IMG/VR virus record: IMGVR_UViG_3300050821_009413
Coordinates: 17,490-81,489 of that record
Reading direction: 5' to 3' (one strand)
From: a virus
Lineage: Duplodnaviria; Heunggongvirae; Uroviricota; Caudoviricetes
DNA length: 64,000 nt
Below, piece after piece: positions 56,634-64,000 of the stretch. Numbering within the stretch: position 1 is the first letter of the stretch; each line of letters begins with the position of its first letter. The position numbers and the translations under genes are program-made. The notes under the pieces were generated by a model. It was not told the origin of the DNA. It ran no database searches and worked only from the letters and a program-made list of their open reading frames with translations.

Positions 56634-56701
56634 GGCGCACGTTCCGGTGACTAGCGAAGCTCTAACCTTCGCGACCGCGGGTTCGACTCCCGCATGCGCC
56701 G
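56634..56701 (+). tRNA. tRNA-like gene with CUA anticodon (amber suppressor/Pyl-like shape)
   Basis: gcgaag-CT CTA AC-cttcgc 6-bp stem; tiny D arm; normal T arm; ggcgca/tgcgcc acceptor. Confidence 0.7.
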
Positions 56702-56993
56702 CGTGAAAGCCAGGTTCCAAACCATCCCGCCGGAATGTCAGCACTGCGGCATCATCGACAGTCCAGACTTTGGTGCCCCGGTGGATTGCTACGAAGACAA
56801 CGAACCCGACCCGCGCTGGTTCATGTGGTTATGCGCTAATTGCCGAACCGACCAGTGGCATGCCAGCAACGGCACGGTCTCGTTGCGGGAGTTCCTTGGG
56901 CAAACCGAACTGGAACATAAATACTGGGTCGAAGGCAAGTGGGAGCCGTTCGCTGACGCTTACTACGAACGTGTCTGCGGAAACGACTGACAT

Positions 56994-57341
56994 TCACTGT
57001 CCGCGGTCGTGGATGTCTTTGACCATGGCGTGGATTTTCATCATGGTTTCGTGGTTGGCGTCGGCTTGGGCGTCTTGGCGTGCGGTGATCTCGTTTGCTG
57101 TTCGTTGCAGAGCCGGCAACGCCCACCATTGAATCCAGTTGGAGAAGATGAGGACTTTCATCGCTAACGCCGCGTTTCCGACGGTGACTACGGGCAGGAA
57201 AAGGGCGATGTCGAACATGAGCTTTGAGGCCAGTAGGTGGTGGGCCAGCCATGCGCACAGTTTGTCGTTCATGCGGCCCAGCCAGCTTGAAGCCGTCGCC
57301 TGATATTTTTCCAGGTGTTCGTCGCGGTGCCGGATCGCCAT
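56994..57341 (-). CDS. Small membrane protein (DUF1003-like)
   Basis: TM region, then NW.Q..ALP.LQ..Q..Q..A.H. Confidence 0.55.
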   Translation of the reverse strand: MAIRHRDEHLEKYQATASSWLGRMNDKLCAWLAHHLLASKLMFDIALFLPVVTVGNAALAMKVLIFSNWIQWWALPALQRTANEITARQDAQADANHETMMKIHAMVKDIHDRGQ

Positions 57342-58620
57342 AAATCTGATTATCGCCGCGGTTTACCAGTCCTATAGGCAGGACATGGATTGTGTGTTAA
57401 TCTGATCGGCTGCCCCGAACCACTCTGGAGGTTACTATGCCCGGCTAACCCTCCTTCCTGTTGCATAGGAAAGGAGGCAAACAATGCCTGGTCCGATGTC
57501 CGCCCCGAACGGGGACGCTCGACTGGTCGCGATGACAGCCGAGCAGCGAGCGAACTTGCTTGCCGGCAAGAAACTAACTACCGGTAAAACCCGGAAGAAG
57601 AAGGGAGACCTCATGCCGAGGATATAGGTGCGCACAGGGCGCGCCATATTGGCATGAGAGGAGGCAGCTGTGGCTGCCGTCCAGAAAAACAAGGTTCGCG
57701 GCGCGGCCCCCAAGGTCCGCAACGCTAACCGCGCGAAGGGTTACTGGCTGAGTTTGCACAACGCCCGCGCTAACCGCCCCAACCGTGAACTGGTGCACCG
57801 CAACGCACGCCAGGGGATCAACTTCCCCGAGCTTCACCACGTTGGGGCTGCCGCATATCGCCGGCTTCGTGTACGCTGACGGGTGCTGATTATCGACTGG
57901 TGTTACCGGTGCCGCGGCGTTGAGGAAGACGCCGCGGCACCGTCACCCAAGTGCCGAGGCGGCGGCTAACCCGCAACACATGAAGATCGGTAAATTCCTT
58001 GACCACATGGACAAGGTCTATCATCACCATAATCACGGTCCATTCGGGTGGGTTTTCTGCGACCTGCTGGACTACTACTACGGGCAGTCGGCCAAGTCCT
58101 TGTTCAAGGAGCGGTGGGGCCGCGGCTTGGGCGGTCCCCCGCGTGCTGTGTTCCTACTCGGACCCATGGCGATGGTGAAGTTCGCCAACGGCAGGGTGAA
58201 GTGGGATTACAGCAAAGCTGTGCGCCGAACACCACCCCAGGAGTTGTGAGCGCCGAGGATTGCTGCGCCTGTTTAGGCTGCCCCGTCTGCGAACATGACT
58301 GCGGCCTACCCAACGAGGAAGGCGAAGCCAACCGGGCGCATTACCGGGCCGTCATCGACGCGGTCGTCACCGGCTTGATCGATGACAAGCTGGTCCGGGT
58401 GTGCACATCATGCCAGGCGTTGTTCGACCCGAGGTTCGTGCCCGGTGCCGAAGTCTGCCATAGCTGCTTGACGGTAGACCCTGACTACGGCCACGAAGTG
58501 CCACCTAGGGCTATCCCACCCCACTTCGATTGAACTACGAATCGTGCTCCCGCTGAGCCTGATTGGGTGAGGGCGACACGCGCTCCGACCAGTGATAACA
58601 ATCATATAACGGTGGGGTGA

Positions 58621-58956
<336 letters not shown>

Positions 58957-59534
58957 TGCCAGTGCGCTAGCATGGTGGTGTGGTTTACACCGTTGCTGAC
59001 GCGTTGAATAACGCGGTCGCCGCTATCTACGCTGGCGTGGGGCCGTCGCCTCCGCTGGTGGACATTCGGCGCGCTATGCGCCTGCTGGGGATACCGGAAG
59101 ATGACCGCGCGCAAACTTGGGTGAATAACGGTTCGTCTTACGATCCGGTGGACCAGGGCCAGGAAGTCCCGGGTGAGCACTGATGCATCTAACTGAAGCG
59201 TTCGAACTATTAGATGCGTTGGGTGTGCCGCTAGAGAAGGCTAGCGGTGCGCTCCTGGATGCCCTGAAGGGCGGCAGGCTTGAGCTTGACGAGCACCGCA
59301 ACCTGAGGGTAATCAAGCAGGATCTGATCCCGTGAACATCATGACCTCGACTTCCCTGAGCCTGCGCGGCGATGGTGATGGCCGAACTGAGGATTGACGG
59401 TGAGACGGCACGGTGATAACGGTAAGGCGACGTGGGCGAACGAGCGCATCTGTGTTTGCGGTAAGTCGTATCGGACGATGCCTCCGTACACTAATCTGCC
59501 GTCGTTCGCGGAGCATGTAGCGAAGGAGGAAGGC

Positions 59535-59951
59535 ATGTCAGACGCTGCGGCGTGGGGCGATAAGCTGCCGAAGTATCCGGCGGTGGAGTGGTTGGATGAG
59601 CCGGAGGACCACGACTACGACGCGGCCCGCGAGTATTTGTCGTTGATAGATGACCCGGCTTCGGGGCGGGCGACTGATACGGTCACCCGGTTGCGGGCCG
59701 CTGACACGGCCAGCTACTTCGCGAAGGACATTCTGCGGGCTTCGCAGCTGCGGCTGCTTCCCGAGAGTAATCATCATGTGGATAAGGATCTCCGCAAGAT
59801 CAAGAAAGGTGTCAAGCTGTCTCCGGTGTTGTTGGTTCGGGGTTTCTATTTGAAGAACGGGCCGCTGGTCATCGTGGATGGGTATCACCGGGTGTGCGCC
59901 GCCTATTATGTGGACGAGAACGCGCCTATCCGCTGCCGGATCGTCACATGA
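59535..59951 (+). CDS. ParB/Srx-like protein
   Basis: LSPVLLVRG..IVDGYHRVCA. Confidence 0.7.
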   Translation: MSDAAAWGDKLPKYPAVEWLDEPEDHDYDAAREYLSLIDDPASGRATDTVTRLRAADTASYFAKDILRASQLRLLPESNHHVDKDLRKIKKGVKLSPVLLVRGFYLKNGPLVIVDGYHRVCAAYYVDENAPIRCRIVT

Positions 59952-60162
59952 GCACAGAAGTTCCGGCTTATGACCGTCCGCGCCGCTACCGGGGCCGTGG
60001 TCACCGGGCGCTTGCGGCTATTCACGACATCAGAGAGATGCACTTTCAATACCGAGCGCCCGCGTTCGATGAATACGACACCTGCGCTTACTGCAACCAA
60101 CTTGCTAGAGGTTACGTTCGCTGGCCCTGCGCCACGTACCAAGCCATCGAAAAACACGGCCT

Positions 60163-60594
60163 TTGAACAACGCTGCTGACGATCCGTGGTTCGTGCCGAC
60201 CACGGCGGTTCTGCTGGCCCGGTCCTGTATCGACTGCGGCAGGTTGCTGTCCGCGCACCACTTTTGGGGCGGCGAAGGGAAACGCCGGCAGGATTGTTTC
60301 AACTGTTCCCGTAAAAGGATGCAGCCCAAGCAGCTCGCGCAGCAGCGTGAGACGGCGAAAGACTGGTACGAATACTGTCAGGAGCTGACGAAGGCGGTCG
60401 CTGTCCGGGCGAGTAGCCGGTGGACGTTGGACGACGCGGTGGTGTTACGGGACACCAGTAAGTCGAACTTGGATGCGGCGTTGGAGTTGAGGCGCACGTA
60501 TGCGTCGGTGTGCGCGCAGCGCCGCCGGCTGGGTGTGGCTGCTCGCCGCCCGGTTGAGGAGTGGCGGATAATCCTTCCAGAACACGCCGGATAA
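60163..60594 (+). CDS. Hypothetical Zn-binding/HTH-like protein
   Basis: CxxC..CxxC; RWT..D..L..LRRT..V..RRRL. Confidence 0.55.
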   Translation: MNNAADDPWFVPTTAVLLARSCIDCGRLLSAHHFWGGEGKRRQDCFNCSRKRMQPKQLAQQRETAKDWYEYCQELTKAVAVRASSRWTLDDAVVLRDTSKSNLDAALELRRTYASVCAQRRRLGVAARRPVEEWRIILPEHAG

Positions 60595-60651
60595 GGCTAC
60601 GCCTGGGCAGCCCGGTGCCTTACAGTCGGGTGACACTACGAAGGGCGCATC

Positions 60652-60849
60652 ATGGGTTTAATCCCGCAGGAACTGCTCAACAGACTTGGCCATATGGACA
60701 CCGCTGTGACCACGATGGCCGCGATGGCCGACGATATGAAGGACATCAAAAATTTGCTGCAACAGCTGATCGACATCGAAACCGCCCGCGACGCGGTAAC
60801 GGGCCGCATCAGGCCGCGGCCAGGGCAGCGTGAGAAACGCGCCGGCTGA
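60652..60849 (+). CDS. Small coiled-coil protein
   Basis: RBS gaaggg; heptad pattern. Confidence 0.5.
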   Translation: MGLIPQELLNRLGHMDTAVTTMAAMADDMKDIKNLLQQLIDIETARDAVTGRIRPRPGQREKRAG

Positions 60850-61115
60850 TGGCCGACGAACACCTGTTGTTTGAAACCGACAACGGTGTCCGGATCTACT
60901 ACAAACCGGGCACCACCCAGCTACGCATGTCGGTACCCAACCCGGTCACCGACCTGGTCGCCCAAGACTTGTACGCGGTTAAGGAGCGGTTGAAGCAGTT
61001 GGCCGATTTCAGTCCGGAAGCCGAAGAGTCTTACGAGGACATGGTCGGCAAACTTTGGTGGAGGAAGAATGTATCAGGGCAATATGACGGATTGGATCCC
61101 GCCGCGGATGAATGA
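60849..61115 (+). CDS. Hypothetical protein
   Basis: TGATG-coupled ORF. Confidence 0.5.
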   Translation: MADEHLLFETDNGVRIYYKPGTTQLRMSVPNPVTDLVAQDLYAVKERLKQLADFSPEAEESYEDMVGKLWWRKNVSGQYDGLDPAADE

Positions 61116-61599
61116 CAGCGTTTATCCGCTCACCGAGCAGGAGCTGGCCGCCGCGGAGAACGCACTCGATGAAGCTATCACCGGGTCCGCGTCTTTGACA
61201 TCATGTGTGCACGCGGCGCTAGGCGCTATACACCGGCTAAGAGACAATGCTGGCACAGACATAATTAATCACCCCCCGCACTACAACAATCATCCTAGCG
61301 GCGTGGAAACCTTAGAGGTGACCAGGCTGTGTGGCTTCAGCATGGGTAACGCGATTAAGTATTGCTGGAGATATGCGGATAAGAACGGTGTTGAGGACCT
61401 GAAGAAGGCCCGCTTTTATCTGAAGGATTTGTTGGCCACCGGTCAGGCTTCCCGCCCACCGTTCAAGGCTAACGAGCTGTTGCGACAGGTGGTCGCCGCC
61501 GATCATGATCTGCTGCGTATCGAGCTGCTGGGGCGTATCCGTTACGGCCAGATCGCTGAGGCCATCGCACTGATCTCACGGGAGGTTGGCGATGAGTGA
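61108..61599 (+). CDS. DUF3310 domain protein
   Basis: INHPPHY..GVE..GNAIKY.WR..KNG.EDLKKA.FYL. Confidence 0.85.
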   Translation: MNDSVYPLTEQELAAAENALDEAITGSASLTSCVHAALGAIHRLRDNAGTDIINHPPHYNNHPSGVETLEVTRLCGFSMGNAIKYCWRYADKNGVEDLKKARFYLKDLLATGQASRPPFKANELLRQVVAADHDLLRIELLGRIRYGQIAEAIALISREVGDE

Positions 61600-62027
61600 C
61601 CGCATCCCGCACACCTTCTCCGAAGGCGGTGTGGACCACATCAGTTTCTATGACCGGCATTCGGGTGTGGTTTTCACCCACGAGATTCTGCCGGCGGCTG
61701 ATGATCTGGATATGATAGGAGAATGATGATGGATAACCTTGTGACTGTGACGTTGTCGAACGCCCGTGGTCAGGTGAAGCTGAACCCGACGACGATCCAT
61801 AGTATTCGCCCGCGGACCACAGGCAGCGGCTCTGTGATCGTCTGCATCGGCGGAGCTGTTTACTGTGTCGAGGAATCCCTGGTCGGGTGACGCTGACGGC
61901 TACCGGGGTAGCGCTGCAACATTACGTGTGGCCCATGCGGCACGCGAGGGGGTTTTGGTTTCACACCAAACAACGCACCCGGCGGTGCGACCTCCAAGCC
62001 ACGACGCTCCACATATAGGAATCAGGA

Positions 62028-62327
62028 ATGAATAACGGAGATTACAGCGAACTCGACATCCAGGCGTCCAGATACTGCCTGGATCAGGCCACAAAGTTGG
62101 ACGAGTCCCGAAACAAGGGTGTCGTCGTGAAGACGCTTGAAGAATTGTTGGCTGATGCCGATCTGATTTGGCAGTGGATGGCCGGCCAGTATCAGCCGCC
62201 GTCTCCGTCGTCTGGAAGCGTTAACGGTAACGGTTCGTTGGCTGCCGCGACGGCGAAAGGCCGGTCCGTCGGCTACCAGGCGTGGCACGCCGGTTCGGTT
62301 CCCGGCGTGGACGCTGAGGAACGCTGA
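62028..62327 (+). CDS. Hypothetical protein
   Basis: RBS aggaatcagga. Confidence 0.5.
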   Translation: MNNGDYSELDIQASRYCLDQATKLDESRNKGVVVKTLEELLADADLIWQWMAGQYQPPSPSSGSVNGNGSLAAATAKGRSVGYQAWHAGSVPGVDAEER

Positions 62328-62332
62328 GGAGT

Positions 62333-62695
62333 ATGTTTCGGCGCAGAACGCCTCGTAGACCAGTCCAAGATGTTGTGAATTGGGGGCTGGCCGATCGGGG
62401 CGGCGTGTTTGTGCTCTACTTGCCGGATGGCAGCGAAGTGTGGATCAGGCGCAAGTATGGGCGCGTGCTGGTCCGCGCGTTGGCCGACTTCGTAAGTCCG
62501 CGCAACCAGGTGTTTTTCACGCTGTGCAAGCACTGCAATCGGGCTATCACCTTGAACCCTGCGGACTTCAAAGGGTTCGAACCGGACTGGAATGGTCGCC
62601 GCTACTGGGGCCACATGATGCCGCCCGGCGATGAGCACCTGCCTTCGCCGAAGTCTCCGCTGCGGTGGTACCCGCCGTGGAGCGTTAGTCGCTGA
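62333..62695 (+). CDS. Hypothetical protein
   Basis: RBS gaggag; CKHC motif. Confidence 0.5.
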   Translation: MFRRRTPRRPVQDVVNWGLADRGGVFVLYLPDGSEVWIRRKYGRVLVRALADFVSPRNQVFFTLCKHCNRAITLNPADFKGFEPDWNGRRYWGHMMPPGDEHLPSPKSPLRWYPPWSVSR

Positions 62696-63695
62696 TAGCG
62701 AGTGCCCGGGTCTGCTGGAACACGCTGTTCATCCGCAGGACGAACACGTTAACTGCGGTGTCGGTTGGGTTGGTGCCCAGTTTTTCGGCGGCGTGATCGG
62801 TTTCGCGGACCAACTCTTCTGCTTTGGCCCGGTCGGCGTCCGACAGGTTGGGGCGCTCCAAAATCTTCCCCAGAATCCCGTAGCTGCTGGCGAGGATCAT
62901 GTTCGGGGTTGGTGTGTTCGCGGCGTAGGTGTCGTATCCGAGGCGTTTCGTGTTCCCGGCGATCAGTTCGAACGGGTACGAAATGTTGGTCAGCAGCCGT
63001 TGCAGATACTGCATGGAACCTTCCCACGTGACGTTGCGCCACCGCTCAGGGGCGTGCCACGGCCCTAGGAAACCGTTCGGCTGGTGGATCACCTCAGTTT
63101 TGATGAACGGGAATTTGACGTATTCCACCAGGATGTCCCAGTAGGCGACGGTCGGGTCGTCGTCCGTCCCGTCGGACCACGGCGCTGCCGGTGACTGCTG
63201 GATAGCGGCGTGGGCTTTCTCCGCGGACAGGTACGGTTCGACATGCAGCCCAACCACCAGGGCGTTCCCGATGATGTTTCCTTCGTCGTTGACGTTGAGG
63301 AACGACAGTGTGCGCTCGTTAAGTTCGACAGCCACGAAGAAGCTGGTGTTCTCGGCGGCGGTGTACACGTCGGCACCGGTGAACGAATCCCACATCTGCG
63401 TCAGCGGATACAGCGGCCCGTACACACTGTCGTCGGCGAACACGACCCGGTCGTAGTCGTCCAGCCAGCCGTTTTGCACGGCGAGCCACCAACCGTGGTG
63501 CCACGCATCACCTTTGTGGCAGTACACGCCTTTGCAGAGCGGCCAAATGTTGGCTGCGGCTTCGGGATTCAGCTGGCCGCTTGACACAAAGACGATGTCC
63601 CCAAGCTCCCGTAGCTGTTCCAGGTAGTACTGGATTCGCCGGTCGACGGTGTCGAACACGTCGTTGTGGGCGAAAAAGATCAGTGTGCGCATCAA
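62685..63695 (-). CDS. RgpF-like (rhamnan synthesis F) glycosyltransferase
   Basis: LIFFAH.D..YL..L..VFVS..YD.V.F.DDSVYGPL.P..FPFIK. Confidence 0.65.
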   Translation of the reverse strand: MMRTLIFFAHNDVFDTVDRRIQYYLEQLRELGDIVFVSSGQLNPEAAANIWPLCKGVYCHKGDAWHHGWWLAVQNGWLDDYDRVVFADDSVYGPLYPLTQMWDSFTGADVYTAAENTSFFVAVELNERTLSFLNVNDEGNIIGNALVVGLHVEPYLSAEKAHAAIQQSPAAPWSDGTDDDPTVAYWDILVEYVKFPFIKTEVIHQPNGFLGPWHAPERWRNVTWEGSMQYLQRLLTNISYPFELIAGNTKRLGYDTYAANTPTPNMILASSYGILGKILERPNLSDADRAKAEELVRETDHAAEKLGTNPTDTAVNVFVLRMNSVFQQTRALAISD

Positions 63696-64000
63696 ACCTC
63701 CCGCGGGAAAAGGGCCGCGATGTCGTCAATGAATCCTGCGGATTCGAGGGCGATCACCACCCGGTAGTAATTGAACCATTTCTGATGTTTGTCGAAGTCG
63801 CCTAGCAGGGCCATGACGAGGTCGGCTGCGGCGTCCTCGAAGCCGGGCTTCGTGTCATCTATCTTGAACATGTCGGGGATCGGCACATCAACCATGTTGC
63901 CGGCGCTTCCGCGGCGGTTAACAACAACACGCGCCCCGCACACCGCGGCTTCTCGCGGCAACCTGTCCTTACCGGGGTGCGGACCGAAGTCGATGTACAC
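63692..64000 (-). CDS. Glycosyltransferase-like protein, partial (window edge)
   Basis: YIDFG.HPGKDRLPREAA..G, a GT-B-like C-terminus. Confidence 0.55.
   Translation of the reverse strand: MYIDFGPHPGKDRLPREAAVCGARVVVNRRGSAGNMVDVPIPDMFKIDDTKPGFEDAAADLVMALLGDFDKHQKWFNYYRVVIALESAGFIDDIAALFPREV

Overview
A 64-kb segment of a large, high-GC actinobacteriophage, most likely a mycobacteriophage or prophage. 1-15.8 kb: minor-tail and tail-fibre genes, including a 1642-aa protein with SGNH and cutinase/LysB-like domains. 15.8-24.8 kb: regulators and accessory genes (WhiB, HTH, ParB-like, HNH, a chimera with a dead tyrosine-integrase core). 24.9-29.4 kb: YqaJ/RecT recombination and replication initiation. 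34.3-40.3 kb and 62.7-64 kb: glycosyl-/methyl-transferase loci. 42.2-56.7 kb: about 31 tRNA genes plus a tmRNA, interleaved with accessory genes. Main observation: at least 12 copies of a ~46-55-nt hairpin with invariant architecture stem-CCA-N(8-9)-YG-N4-CCA-N(8-9)-YG-stem and all-different N9 segments. This matches TIGR-type dual-spacer guide RNAs. Seven copies sit precisely between tRNA/tmRNA genes, three form a promoter-led array, and two are solo. No Nop-domain (Tas) effector is recognisable in the window. Also present: three circularly permuted tRNA-like (YrlA/Y-RNA-like) elements, a CUA-anticodon tRNA, tRNA-Ile(UAU), four tandem paralogous micro-proteins and a standalone Rpf gene. All calls are by eye; no searches were run.
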